Source: Candidatus Poseidoniaceae archaeon
Lineage (GTDB): Archaea; Thermoplasmatota; Poseidoniia; Poseidoniales; Poseidoniaceae
DNA: 32,000 nucleotides
Assembly (NCBI GenBank): GCA_943789275.1
Contig: CALSTM010000003.1
Location: 540,001 to 572,000 of the forward strand
Direction of reading: 5' to 3'
The position numbers and the translations under genes were made by a program. The notes beneath the pieces are model-generated. The model was not told the DNA's origin. It searched no databases and was given only the letters and a program-made list of their open reading frames with translations. This document shows positions 1 through 9,290 of the stretch, piece after piece. Each line of letters starts with the position of its first letter. Within the stretch, counting starts at the first letter, position 1.

Positions 1-103
1 TAACGAAATTAATCAAAATACTCAGCAATAAAATCAGCATGACCGACCAAAATGCGGCTTGTAGCCCAATTCTGCGATAGTTCAGATTTAATTCCTCAAG
101 CAT
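1..103 (-). CDS. 5' end of an ORF that runs off the left edge; hydrophobic N-terminus (membrane or secreted protein, function unknown)
   Basis: The minus-strand ATG at 103-101 is preceded by GAGGTGG (reverse complement of 108-114) with a 4-nt spacer. It reads MLEELNLNYRRIGLQAAFWSVMLILLLSILINFV with no stop down to position 2. It is absent from the ORF track because it is truncated. Confidence 0.4.
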   Translation of the reverse strand, partial: MLEELNLNYRRIGLQAAFWSVMLILLLSILINFV

Positions 104-225
104 TGGGCCACCTCTAGAGCACTGTTCCGACATTCCCACGTGTTCCATTGGGTTTAGAAGGTTGTTATCATGTGGGTATCAAATGCTCATTGTAATACAG
201 CTCTTGTGATGCCTCTAAAGCAGTA

Positions 226-465
226 CTATCGCTTCAAATGAACGCGGGAAGCAATGCGTGATACTTCATCAACAGAGATGTGCATCAGGCCTTCAATCAT
301 CTCCCAAGGCAGCACCGTCGGGTCGATATCTTGTTCGACTTTCACTCGGATAGCGGAGATTGAACCGGACTGTTTGTCGAAAACGATATCTCGCAGTGTT
401 CCCAAAAGTACACTGTGTGAGTCAATGACTTCACGACCGATGATTTCTCGTGCAAAGACAGCCAT
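226..465 (-). CDS. small PRC-barrel domain protein (79 aa)
   Basis: The ORF is 226..498. I prefer the internal ATG at 465 because GGAGTG lies 6 nt upstream (gtGGAGTGaaactATG). The sequence MAVFAREIIGREVIDSHSVLLGTLRDIVFDKQSGSISAIRVKV fits the PRC-barrel pattern (G.eV.d..g..lG.v.d...d...g.i). It lies 68 nt downstream of cdc48 on the same strand. Confidence 0.75.
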   Translation of the reverse strand: MAVFAREIIGREVIDSHSVLLGTLRDIVFDKQSGSISAIRVKVEQDIDPTVLPWEMIEGLMHISVDEVSRIASRVHLKR

Positions 466-533
466 AGTTTCACTCCACTTACGGGTTGACCACATCAATG
501 CAGCACATCAATGCGTCGATGTAAGGATAAACC

Positions 534-2759
534 TCACATTGATTCCATTCCGAACCCAGTATCTCTGGAACGCTTGATGTTCGTGAGTCCAGATGTGAGC
601 AGTGTTTCCATCTTCTGGTAGTAAGCGAGCATCTCAGCGGTGACCGTCGGTCGTACACGTTTGATGGCTTCTTCGAAGTGGGTCTTTGTGACCTTCTTCT
701 TGCCTGCACGCATGCAGATGAGAGCAGCTTCACGGCAAACCGCTTCAATATCAGCACCGGTGAATCCGTCGAGACCACCGATAACGTCCTTGAGTGAGAA
801 CTTGGACAGTGGCATCCCTTCGCTGTGTATGTTGAAAATGACTTCTCGTGCTCCAGCATCCGGTGGAGGCACGTGAAGAACACGCTCAAATCGACCGCTA
901 CGCAGCAATGCTGGGTCAATCATTTCCGGTCGGTTGGTTGCTGCAACGATGATAACGCCATCCAATGATTCAACGCCGTCCATGCTTGCAAGCAACTGGT
1001 TGACGACACGGTTTCCAACATCGCTTCCTTCGGAACTTGACGACGAGCGCATGCTTGCTATCGATTCAAATTCATCGAGGAAGATAATTGCAGGAGCCGA
1101 TTGCTTGGCCTTCTTGAAAATCTCACGGATTCCACGCTCAGACTCTCCAACCCATTTAGAAATCATTTCTGGGCCTTTGATACTGATGAAATTGGCTTGA
1201 GCCTCGTTTGCAATCGCCTTTGCAAGGAGTGTTTTTCCAGTACCTGGTGCGCCGAACAGGACAATACCTCTCGGTGGTTTGATCCCGAAATGTTCGAACA
1301 ATTCCGGCTTGGTGAGCGGCCATTCGACGGATTCCTTGAGTCGGTCTTTGACTTCCTCGAGTCCACCGACTTCATCCCAAGTGATTTCAGGGATTTCCAC
1401 GTATATCTCTCGGAGGGCGGACGGTTCAACATCCTTGATAGCATGTCGGAAATCGTCCATTCGAACTTCCATTTTTTCGAGAACTTCAGGCGGAATGGTC
1501 TCTTCTTCTAAATCGATTTCAGGGAGGTATCGGCGCAACGCCTTCATTGCTGCTTCACGAACGAGTGCAGCAAGGTCAGCTCCGACAAATCCGTAGGTGT
1601 TATCGAGAACCCAGTTGATTTCGAAATCATCGGAAATTGGCATTTGGCGTGTGTGGACGTCCATGATTTCACTGCGTCCATCACGGTCAGGAACGCCAAT
1701 CTCGATTTCACGGTCGAAACGACCCGGTCTTCGCAACGCAGGGTCAATCGCATCCCTTCGATTGGTTGCGCCTATGACAACCACATTGTCACGGCCCTGC
1801 ATCCCGTCCATGAGGGTGAGCATTTGAGCGACAACACGCCGTTCAACTTCACCGCTCACGTCTTCACGCTTTGGACAAATCGAGTCGATTTCGTCGATGA
1901 AGATGATGGCTGGTGCGTTTTCAGCCGCTTCGTCGAAAATTTCACGCAGTTGCTTTTCGGACTCGCCGTAATACTTCGAGATTATTTCAGGTCCGTTGAT
2001 GCTCTTGAAGTGAGCGTTCACCTCGGTGGCAACCGCCTTTGCAATCATGGTCTTTCCTGTTCCGGGTGGGCCGTGGAGAAGTACGCCCTTTGGTGGGTCA
2101 ATTCCAAGCCGTCGGAACAACTCCGGGTGCTTGAGTGGCAGTTCAATCATTTCTCTGACTTTTTGCAGTTGTTGTCCAATGCCACCTACGTCTTCGTAGG
2201 TGATGCCTTCAGATTGACCGACATCCACGTCGTCAACCGCTTCGTCTTTGATGACAATGTCCGTTTCGTTGGTGACCTTGACGATGCCTTTTGGCGTTGT
2301 CTGGAGAACGGCGAATGGAAGTGCTTCAGCAAACAACGTCATCCCTGGAATGAAGATACGGTCGCCTTGGACAACCGGTCGCTTGGATAATCCTCTGCGT
2401 GCAAACCCTTCGATACCGGGCCCGAACTTGACCTTCTGCTTGTTGGCCATAACAGGTGAGAGGACGAGCTTTGTGCATTCTTTAGCAACAACCTTGCTGA
2501 CCGTCACTCGGTCTCCCAGGCTCACACCTGCATTCTTACGAATGATACCGTCAACACGAACGATTTCCATCTTTGCGTCTTCCGGTCGGCTGCGCCAGTA
2601 AATGGCAGCAGTTGAGCGCTTTTCGCCCTTAATTTCAACGATGTCGCCCGGTTTAAGACCAAGGTCATTTTCGCCCGAAATACGGGCTCTGCCGTGTCCA
2701 ACATCGGACGGAATAGCCTTCGAAACACGCAACGACATTGATTTCTCATCTTTTACCAT
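534..2759 (-). CDS. cdc48: Cdc48/VCP/p97-type tandem AAA+ ATPase
   Basis: 741 aa. Two Walker A motifs are present ([26 protein letters not shown]), along with two Walker B motifs ([16 protein letters not shown]) and second-region-of-homology arginines ([20 protein letters not shown]). The N-terminal Cdc48 double-psi barrel-like region reads [12 protein letters not shown]...GDIVEIKG. Confidence 0.97.
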   Translation of the reverse strand: MVKDEKSMSLRVSKAIPSDVGHGRARISGENDLGLKPGDIVEIKGEKRSTAAIYWRSRPEDAKMEIVRVDGIIRKNAGVSLGDRVTVSKVVAKECTKLVLSPVMANKQKVKFGPGIEGFARRGLSKRPVVQGDRIFIPGMTLFAEALPFAVLQTTPKGIVKVTNETDIVIKDEAVDDVDVGQSEGITYEDVGGIGQQLQKVREMIELPLKHPELFRRLGIDPPKGVLLHGPPGTGKTMIAKAVATEVNAHFKSINGPEIISKYYGESEKQLREIFDEAAENAPAIIFIDEIDSICPKREDVSGEVERRVVAQMLTLMDGMQGRDNVVVIGATNRRDAIDPALRRPGRFDREIEIGVPDRDGRSEIMDVHTRQMPISDDFEINWVLDNTYGFVGADLAALVREAAMKALRRYLPEIDLEEETIPPEVLEKMEVRMDDFRHAIKDVEPSALREIYVEIPEITWDEVGGLEEVKDRLKESVEWPLTKPELFEHFGIKPPRGIVLFGAPGTGKTLLAKAIANEAQANFISIKGPEMISKWVGESERGIREIFKKAKQSAPAIIFLDEFESIASMRSSSSSEGSDVGNRVVNQLLASMDGVESLDGVIIVAATNRPEMIDPALLRSGRFERVLHVPPPDAGAREVIFNIHSEGMPLSKFSLKDVIGGLDGFTGADIEAVCREAALICMRAGKKKVTKTHFEEAIKRVRPTVTAEMLAYYQKMETLLTSGLTNIKRSRDTGFGMESM

Positions 2760-2937
2760 AGTATCACTTCTATCATCGAGTTGTCGAGCCTATTTAATCA
2801 TCGGCTGACCGCCTCTCCTCAACGGTTCTTGCCGGTCCCCTTTTAACCTTAAGTCGACATTCGATGGCATCATAGCAGAAATTTTTCCGTTAAAATCACT
2901 CCATCAATTTCAAGAGGGGCGTTCCGTTGGGTGTGTC

Positions 2938-4566
2938 ATGGTTCACGTTCTTGAAACAGGTCTCGAATTTTTAGCAGCAGAAAATCCAAACGGTAAACCG
3001 TCGGTGAAAGGATTCAACATCATCAACGGCCAATTGACGCTTGCTAGCGATGGTGCAACCTTCACATCCATCAACCCAGCCATCCTCAACGACACGCTCG
3101 GCGAGTTCCCGTTGTCGACCAAGGCTGATGTCAACGCGGCATTGGACGCTGCTCACGCTGCATTCCCTGGATGGGCTGCAACACCTGCTCCAACCCGCGG
3201 TCAAATTATCGGAAACATGGGACGTTTGCTCATGGAGCACAAAGATGCGATCGTCGCTCTTGAAACCCGTGAAATTGGAAAGACGCTCAAAGAAGCGGCA
3301 GGTTCAGTTCAGGAAGCCATCGACACCTGCTTGTTCTTCCAATCCGAAGGTCGCCGTCTCTACGGACAAACCGTCAATTCTGAATTGCCGGACAAGGAAC
3401 TGTTCACCTACCGCCGCCCGCTTGGTGTCTGCGGTATCATCAACGCTTGCAACTTCCCCGCAGCAGTACCGTTCTGGAAGATGATTCCAGCAATCATGTG
3501 CGGCAACACCTGCGTTTGGAAGAGTCCACAAGACGCACCACTGCTTTCCTTTGCTCTGGCTCGAATCATGCATGAAGCAGGATTGCCAAACGGTGTCATC
3601 AACTTGGTTCACGGAAAAGGAAGCGGAGCCGGACAACATTTGGTCGACGCCGTTGATGAAGGCCGAGTCAACAAAATTTCCTTTACCGGTTCTACTGAAG
3701 TCGGTAAGATGATTGGTGAAGTCTGTGGACGAAACCTCGTCTCGTGTTCGCTTGAACTCGGTGGCAAGAATCCACTGGTTGTCATGCCAAGCGCCAACCT
3801 CGAAAATGCCGTAGAAGGCGCCTACTGGGGAGCATTCGGTACGGCCGGACAACGTTGCACCTCACTTGGAAATCTTATTCTTCACAAGGACATTTACGAT
3901 GATTTCATGACCATGTTCATGGCAAAGGTCGAATCAACAACCATTGGCGATTCTTTGGTTCATGACGGTGTTCTCTACGGGCCTATGCTCTCTGAAAAGT
4001 ATGCGAAGGATTTCCTTGTCGGTGTTGACATGTGCAATGCATCTGGTGCAAAGCAGATCTTCGGAGAAGGCCGTATCACAAGCCAGAACAAACCTACAAA
4101 CTTCCTCAGCAATGCTGAAGATGGCGTTTACATGTGGCCTCACGTCTTTACTGAAGTGACCGAAGACATGGAATGTTTCCACGAAGAAGTCTTCGGGCCA
4201 GCGGTTACCATCTGCAAGGCAGACGACTTTGACCATGCACTTCACTTGGCAAACGCAAGCCCTTACGGTCTTTCCTCGGCCATTTACACCAACGACCGAC
4301 TTGAAGCCTACCGCTACAAGACCGGAATCAAGGCTGGAATGACCGGAATCAACAACTCAACCACTGGCGCAGAGGCACATTTGCCGTTTGGTGGTGTCAA
4401 AGGTTCAGGAAACGGAACTCGTGAATCCGGTATTTGGGTCATTGAAGCCTATTCGTACTGGCATGCAGTGAACGACGAACTTTCCGGCAAACTCCAACTG
4501 GCTCAGATGGATGTCGAAGAAGTCGAGATGGCTGAAGCAGACGTCGATTGGACGCAACTGGCTTGA
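2938..4566 (+). CDS. NAD(P)-dependent aldehyde dehydrogenase, ALDH7 (antiquitin)-like
   Basis: 542 aa. It carries the ALDH glutamate motif LELGGKNP and the catalytic Cys motif FGTAGQRCTS. The GTAGQRCT variant is the form I recall from ALDH7. FTGSTEVG and the C-terminal GAEAHLPFGGVKGSGNGRESG-like motif are also present. There is an acidic C-terminal tail of about 40 aa. Confidence 0.92.
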   Translation: MVHVLETGLEFLAAENPNGKPSVKGFNIINGQLTLASDGATFTSINPAILNDTLGEFPLSTKADVNAALDAAHAAFPGWAATPAPTRGQIIGNMGRLLMEHKDAIVALETREIGKTLKEAAGSVQEAIDTCLFFQSEGRRLYGQTVNSELPDKELFTYRRPLGVCGIINACNFPAAVPFWKMIPAIMCGNTCVWKSPQDAPLLSFALARIMHEAGLPNGVINLVHGKGSGAGQHLVDAVDEGRVNKISFTGSTEVGKMIGEVCGRNLVSCSLELGGKNPLVVMPSANLENAVEGAYWGAFGTAGQRCTSLGNLILHKDIYDDFMTMFMAKVESTTIGDSLVHDGVLYGPMLSEKYAKDFLVGVDMCNASGAKQIFGEGRITSQNKPTNFLSNAEDGVYMWPHVFTEVTEDMECFHEEVFGPAVTICKADDFDHALHLANASPYGLSSAIYTNDRLEAYRYKTGIKAGMTGINNSTTGAEAHLPFGGVKGSGNGTRESGIWVIEAYSYWHAVNDELSGKLQLAQMDVEEVEMAEADVDWTQLA

Positions 4567-4585
4567 TTTCATTGACCGATTGTCG

Positions 4586-5656
4586 ATGTTAAAAAAACCA
4601 CACTTGATATATGGACAGCAGTGGATGGGTGATGTTGGAGTGGGTCAAGTGCGTTCAAGTTTCCTGTTGAGCAATCAAGATGACGTCGGTATGGCTGAAC
4701 GCGTTCAATCTGCTTACATCGAATGTGAAGCCATTGCCCGGGCAGCCTCGTCTTCGTTTTTCCGTTCCTTCCGACATCTACCAGAACCGAAGCGTAAAGC
4801 AGTCAATGCACTCTATGCCTTCTGCCGCCGAGTTGACGATATCGTCGATGGTGACTGGCTACCAGAAGGTGACTTGAGCCATCTTGATTCGCTCACTCGA
4901 ACTCAAAGCGAAGTGCTTCTTGAACAACGTAAATACAACTCACTGTTCTCAAAACAAGAACACTTTGAGCGACTGCGTGCTCTCAACTCTTTCCGAGAAA
5001 ACCTCGACCTTATCGAGGCAGGCAACAAAATGAACGAACCCATGTTCATTGCCCTTGCCGATACTCTTCACCGCTATCCTATCGAGGTGGATCACCTCCG
5101 CGAACTCATCAACGGCATGGAAGATGATTTGTTTGAAACAACCTACGAACGTTTTGAGGATTTGCGCCGGTACTGCTACCGTGTCGCTTCTACTGTCGGT
5201 CTATGCTTGATTGAAATTTATGGATACAGCGACCCGAATGCCCGCCGTCACGCCGTCGAAATGGGAATTTTTCTCCAACTGGTTAATGTGCTCCGTGATA
5301 TTCAAGAAGATTTGTCACGAAACCGCGTTTACATTCCTTCAGAAGAGCTCGCTAAATTTGGCATCACCCAATCTGATTTGCGCGACCCAGCACTCGCAGG
5401 TACCAAATCCTGGCAGAACTTCATGCGCCACTACATTGACCACATTCACGCTCATCGAAAGAGCGCTCTTGGCCTGCTGCCGTTGCTCGACAAAGATGCC
5501 CGACGTTCTCCCCGATTGATGTGCATGGCTTACAACGCCATATTGAGTGAAGCAATTCGCCGCAATGGAGATGTCCTGAGCCGTCGACTCACACTCAACT
5601 TCTACCGGAAGATGCAAGTTGCCTTCTCAACGTTGCTTTCGCCAAACTTTGACTGA
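4586..5656 (+). CDS. crtB: phytoene/squalene synthase family (CrtB-like head-to-head prenyl synthase)
   Basis: Both Asp-rich motifs are present: YAFCRRVDDIVD and NGMEDDL. RDIQEDL..NRVYIP is also present. The track ORF starts at 4511 inside the ALDH gene. I prefer ATG 4586, which does not overlap and lies 19 nt after the ALDH stop. ATG 4691 (MAERVQSAY...) is also possible. Confidence 0.85.
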   Translation: MLKKPHLIYGQQWMGDVGVGQVRSSFLLSNQDDVGMAERVQSAYIECEAIARAASSSFFRSFRHLPEPKRKAVNALYAFCRRVDDIVDGDWLPEGDLSHLDSLTRTQSEVLLEQRKYNSLFSKQEHFERLRALNSFRENLDLIEAGNKMNEPMFIALADTLHRYPIEVDHLRELINGMEDDLFETTYERFEDLRRYCYRVASTVGLCLIEIYGYSDPNARRHAVEMGIFLQLVNVLRDIQEDLSRNRVYIPSEELAKFGITQSDLRDPALAGTKSWQNFMRHYIDHIHAHRKSALGLLPLLDKDARRSPRLMCMAYNAILSEAIRRNGDVLSRRLTLNFYRKMQVAFSTLLSPNFD

Positions 5657-5828
5657 TGAATCAACGTTGGAGCGAGTGTGAGTCTTGTTCATGCAAAGGG
5701 TACGAAACTGCAGATTGTTTTGGTATTCTTGTAAAGATTTGACCTTGAAACAGTCCATAGATCTACGTGTGTTCGTCTTCAGTTCATTCAATCAAAGACT
5801 GAACAGCGTGAATGAAACAAAAAGCGTA

Positions 5829-7202
5829 TCAGTTCTTCCACTTGCCAAGAGCATCTCTTAGAGCAGGTTCAAGTGTGGTATATTGAAACTCATACCCGCT
5901 TTCAGTAAGCCGGTTCGGTCGTATTTTACCGCTGTCAGTGGCTAGGGTTACGCCCATCTTTCCGAGCAGGAACCAAATGCCAATTGGTGGGACGGGAATA
6001 AACGATGGTCGCCACAGCACTTTGCCAAGAATTTTTGCAAACGTCTTTTGTCGAACGGGGTTCGGAGAACCAAAGTTGTAGACACCCTCACATTCTGGAG
6101 TCATCATCAAATGGTCGATAGCGTAGACTTGGTCGTCCATGGCAATCCAAGAATACCATTGCTTACCCCATCCAATTGGACCTCCGGCACCAAGTTGAGC
6201 AGGCAGCAACATCTTCTGAAGTACGCCACCGGTTGCATCCAGCACGAGGCTGGTACGGCAGTGTACGGTTCGCACACCTGCATCAATAGCGGCTTGCGCT
6301 GATTTTTCCCAAGCCACACACATGTCGGGTAGGAACCCTTCACCGACAGCTGACTCTTCAGTCAATTCTTCATCGCCACGGCTACCGTAAATGCCCATTG
6401 CGCTTGAGACAATGAACACTTCAGGCTTGTTTTTGAGACCTGCAATGGTTGAAGCAAGGAGACTTGTGCTGTCAGTACGACTTTTTTCAAGAACGATTTT
6501 TCGCTGTTTTGTCCAGCGCTTGTCGCCAATACCCGCACCGCCCAAGTGGATGATGGCGTCAAAACCTTCGAGTTCTTCAGCGTTGATTTCCCCGTCACTT
6601 GGACTCCACTTAATTTGGTTTTTACCAGGCTCTTTACGAACAAGACGCCATACATCATGACCTGCGGTATCAAAGAACGCAATGAGTTGTCGACCAATAA
6701 GACCTGATGAGCCAGCAATCAGGATTTTCTTACGCTTGATGTGTGCGAAGTTGTTGTATCGTTTTGTATCCTTAGAAAGTCGTATTTCACGTGCTTTGAA
6801 CATGCGTTGCAGCCTTTTACGCACGTTTCCTCCACCAAAGACGCGTCCGAGTATACCCATTGGCAGCGTGTATTCAACATGGTCGTCAACTCTGCAGGTT
6901 CCGTTTTCTGTTTCAACAAAGGAATGGACGTGGTGCCACGTCTTGAACGGGCCTTTGATCATGGTATCTTCGAACTTATGCGGTGGTTCGTACCCCGAAT
7001 GTTCGGCAATCCACTTCATCTTGATTGGGCCCATTGGAAATTTGAAGGTGAGCCGTGTGCCGTCCTCCAGCGAAGAGAGTTCACCGACTTGCTCGGCTTT
7101 TTCCCACGGCGGCATGAGGCGTCGAAACGCTCCTTTTCGCTCGTGCCAAGCAAAGGTCTCTTCGACACTGGTCACAACTTCTGTAGAGTGCTTGAATTCC
7201 AC
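5829..7202 (-). CDS. SRPBCC (START/polyketide-cyclase-like) domain fused to a TIGR01777/SDR39U1-type NAD-binding epimerase-family domain
   Basis: 457 aa. The N-terminal ~150 aa look SRPBCC-like (VEETFAWHERKGAFRRLMPPWE...). Next comes a Rossmann motif, ILIAGSSGLIGRQL, followed by a DUF1731-like C-terminus (RPNRLTESGYEF.Y..L..AL). The start codon is GTG at 7202-7200, with GAGGTGA 4 nt upstream, and lies 9 nt after the photolyase stop. Confidence 0.85.
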   Translation of the reverse strand: MEFKHSTEVVTSVEETFAWHERKGAFRRLMPPWEKAEQVGELSSLEDGTRLTFKFPMGPIKMKWIAEHSGYEPPHKFEDTMIKGPFKTWHHVHSFVETENGTCRVDDHVEYTLPMGILGRVFGGGNVRKRLQRMFKAREIRLSKDTKRYNNFAHIKRKKILIAGSSGLIGRQLIAFFDTAGHDVWRLVRKEPGKNQIKWSPSDGEINAEELEGFDAIIHLGGAGIGDKRWTKQRKIVLEKSRTDSTSLLASTIAGLKNKPEVFIVSSAMGIYGSRGDEELTEESAVGEGFLPDMCVAWEKSAQAAIDAGVRTVHCRTSLVLDATGGVLQKMLLPAQLGAGGPIGWGKQWYSWIAMDDQVYAIDHLMMTPECEGVYNFGSPNPVRQKTFAKILGKVLWRPSFIPVPPIGIWFLLGKMGVTLATDSGKIRPNRLTESGYEFQYTTLEPALRDALGKWKN

Positions 7203-7211
7203 TTTCTCACC

Positions 7212-8708
7212 TCAATAACGGTATTCTTGAAGGTACGGTTTCAAGTCGAACTTGCGTCGCGTGTTTGCAGATGACATATAGCGAATCTTTCCAAAAATTG
7301 CACGTTCAGGACCCCATGCTCTGTCGTGTCGGCCAAGAACCCAGAAAATTCCCGTGTACGAGTTCGGGTCGCGACCGTCCAAAGCATAACAATCGTTGAG
7401 TTCAATCATCCATTCAGCAGCGATTTGGGGCGATGGAGACCATTCAAGAATTCTTTTCCCCCACAGCATTCTTAGATAATTATGGATGATGCCGTCACGG
7501 ACCAATTGTCGCTGTGCAGCGTTCCAAATCTCGTCGTGTGTATCGGCTTCTTTGATTTGTTTGAGGGTGTACTGAACACGTTCGTCGCTTGCGTGTTCCA
7601 TGAGGGTTGTCTTTGCCCAGTCCGGAAGGGATTCGTATTGGTTGTGTTCAGGAATATGATAGGCGTTGTTAAACCCAAGTTCTCTCCACGTGATGATTTG
7701 GTCGAGGAAGCTTTCAACGGCTCGGTCAAGGTTCCACCATCCTTCTCTTGAGCCCTTTCGAGGCATCTGGATGGTTTCAGGGTCCCAGTTGTTGGTCACT
7801 AAAATTTGCTGAATCACTTCAACGGTGGAGATGTGTCCGAAGTGGAACCACGGAGAAAGACCACTGGTAGCAGGGGATTTCACTTGATTCCGGTCATCAG
7901 CATACCTGTAAAGTCGGTTTGAGAGGAATTCTTGAAGCATTCGAACAGAGGTGCTTCGACCTCCGCGTGCATGAGGTACGGGCGGTACAGAATGGTCAAT
8001 GTCGATGGTTGACAATGCATCACGGCCTGAACTACCAGGTTCACTGGCGCGCCAGAGCCATTCAAACGGTGTGACGTTGAACTCCCAACGCTCACAAAGC
8101 GAGGAGTACAGTTCGTCGTCAAGCCAAAGCGAATGGTCTTTGGAAACGGGATTGAATTGAGGCCAAGTTTCCATACATTCGACGAAATTTTGGTGGACGA
8201 ATCTGCGGAATCCATGGGCCGTTGGATAGGCCCGCTCAGTCCAAGACATAGGGAACACACCGTTGGAGTCAACAGCGACCATGTTTCGGGCTATTGAACG
8301 GCTTGCGTGGCGAACTGCCTTGGATGGGAAGTACGTCGGGAAGTCGTCGGTGACAATCATCACGGCCTCTTTGGACAGGTCGTGGAGTTTGCCTGTGTGG
8401 CCGCTGAGTGGTGTCTCAACCCACGGCACATATCGGATGTTGTTGTCTTTGAAAATGCGAATGTTTTCGAGCATGCCCTGAATCATGAATGTGCAAATTC
8501 TGTCGTTTGCGTACTGGTGACTGGTGGATATCTCTTCAAGGACCAGCAAAGGTACGCCGTGTTGCTCGGCGAGGTGTGCTGCGTATTCAAGCGCAGCATT
8601 GCTGTTGAATCTTCGGCTGGAAATCATCCAGTAGAGGACGTATTTCCCTTCGGTGTTTACCGGTTTTTGATTGCATGACCTTACTCGGTCAATGAGTCGA
8701 GGGTTCAT
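7212..8708 (-). CDS. phr: deoxyribodipyrimidine (CPD) photolyase, class II-like
   Basis: The N-terminal motif is VLYWMISSRRFNSNAALEYA. The FAD-binding C-terminal region reads GIIHNYLRMLWGKRILEWS...DPNSYTGIFWVLGRHDRAWGPERAIFGKIRYMS. I prefer ATG 8708, which forms an ATGA overlap with the Nudix stop and has GGTGGAG 5 nt upstream. The longer ORF start at 8723 is the alternative. Confidence 0.92.
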   Translation of the reverse strand: MNPRLIDRVRSCNQKPVNTEGKYVLYWMISSRRFNSNAALEYAAHLAEQHGVPLLVLEEISTSHQYANDRICTFMIQGMLENIRIFKDNNIRYVPWVETPLSGHTGKLHDLSKEAVMIVTDDFPTYFPSKAVRHASRSIARNMVAVDSNGVFPMSWTERAYPTAHGFRRFVHQNFVECMETWPQFNPVSKDHSLWLDDELYSSLCERWEFNVTPFEWLWRASEPGSSGRDALSTIDIDHSVPPVPHARGGRSTSVRMLQEFLSNRLYRYADDRNQVKSPATSGLSPWFHFGHISTVEVIQQILVTNNWDPETIQMPRKGSREGWWNLDRAVESFLDQIITWRELGFNNAYHIPEHNQYESLPDWAKTTLMEHASDERVQYTLKQIKEADTHDEIWNAAQRQLVRDGIIHNYLRMLWGKRILEWSPSPQIAAEWMIELNDCYALDGRDPNSYTGIFWVLGRHDRAWGPERAIFGKIRYMSSANTRRKFDLKPYLQEYRY

Positions 8709-9196
8709 GCTTCTCCACCCCATGTCTTCGGTAGCGTGTGAAGCATGTACGGGTGGCCACGGGTGTTCTCGTAATCGATGGTACGCAGTGCCTGATTGGA
8801 ATTGACAGCGGAGAGTGCCATTGAATGCATGGCATCGCTGATCCAGTTGAGAGAGTCGAACTCGTCAGCGTTCACAAATCGTGTTTCGACGACTTCTTCA
8901 CCAGGGGTCGGGTTTTCATTTTCCTTCAGTTCAACCAGGTAGGCTATGAAAATGGCAGGTACGCCCTCAAGCAGGCGCTCTCGAACGGATTGTACACCAA
9001 CGACGCGGCCATCGACTTCGCATTCTTCAGAAAGTTCACGCAGGACAGCATGGCTTGGTAGCTCACTCTTGTTGACGTATCCTTTAGGAAGGCCCCAGCA
9101 GTTCTTGTAGCGACCGTGCGCCTCTTGTACGAGCAGAATACTTCGGGATCTGCGGACAATTGCCGCAACTCCTAAATCGCATTCCACGGTGTGCAT
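8705..9196 (-). CDS. Nudix hydrolase
   Basis: The Nudix box GLPKGYVNKSELPSHAVLRELSEECEV fits Gx5Ex7REUxEExGU. I prefer ATG 9196 (MHTVECDLGVAAIV...) because a minus-strand TATA box sits 23 nt upstream. The track start at 9253 would cover that promoter. Confidence 0.85.
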   Translation of the reverse strand: MHTVECDLGVAAIVRRSRSILLVQEAHGRYKNCWGLPKGYVNKSELPSHAVLRELSEECEVDGRVVGVQSVRERLLEGVPAIFIAYLVELKENENPTPGEEVVETRFVNADEFDSLNWISDAMHSMALSAVNSNQALRTIDYENTRGHPYMLHTLPKTWGGEA

Positions 9197-9219
9197 AAAG
9201 AACAGTTTTCGAGCAGAGG

Positions 9220-9226
9220 TTATAAA
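9220..9226 (-). promoter_or_regulatory. archaeal TATA box (TTTATAA on minus strand) for the Nudix-photolyase-SDR operon
   Basis: The plus strand reads ttataaa at 9220-9226. On the minus strand the 3' end of the box is 23 nt from ATG 9196. With the usual archaeal TATA-to-start-site spacing, this implies a leaderless mRNA. Confidence 0.6.
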
Positions 9227-9261
9227 GAAGTGTTTTTGGAAATCGAGGTTCAATACACTCT

Positions 9262-9268
9262 TTTATAA
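9262..9268 (+). promoter_or_regulatory. archaeal TATA box (TTTATAA) for the ribA-led operon
   Basis: tttataa occupies 9262-9268, 22 nt before ATG 9291. The spacing mirrors the opposite-strand box and implies a leaderless mRNA. Confidence 0.6.
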
Positions 9269-9290
9269 TCAGTTTAGCAAACCTCAAATC

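Noticed and set aside
479-2808. Numerous 60-250-aa ORFs overlapping cdc48 on both strands (for example 479-919 -, 1644-2390 +, 2248-2601 +)
   Set aside because: They are entirely contained in or antisense to a 741-aa ORF with unambiguous AAA+ motifs. None has a recognisable motif of its own.
4511-4585. Track start of the phytoene synthase ORF at 4511
   Set aside because: It would overlap the last 56 nt of the ALDH gene and add a basic, non-conserved extension. The first ATG after the ALDH stop (4586) or ATG 4691 is more plausible.
5657-5828. Possible small RNA or regulatory element in the 172-bp convergent gap, with inverted repeat GTTCATTCA...TGAATGAAC around 5784-5815
   Set aside because: It sits between two convergent stops and is followed by a T5 tract on the minus strand (reverse complement of 5817-5821). 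It is most simply a bidirectional terminator region, and I see nothing beyond that.
9189-9290. N-terminal extensions of ribA (start 9189) and of the Nudix gene (start 9253)
   Set aside because: Each extension would run across the other gene's promoter and TATA box. The translations are Phe/Lys-rich and AT-driven. The shorter starts give proteins of canonical length with correctly spaced TATA boxes.
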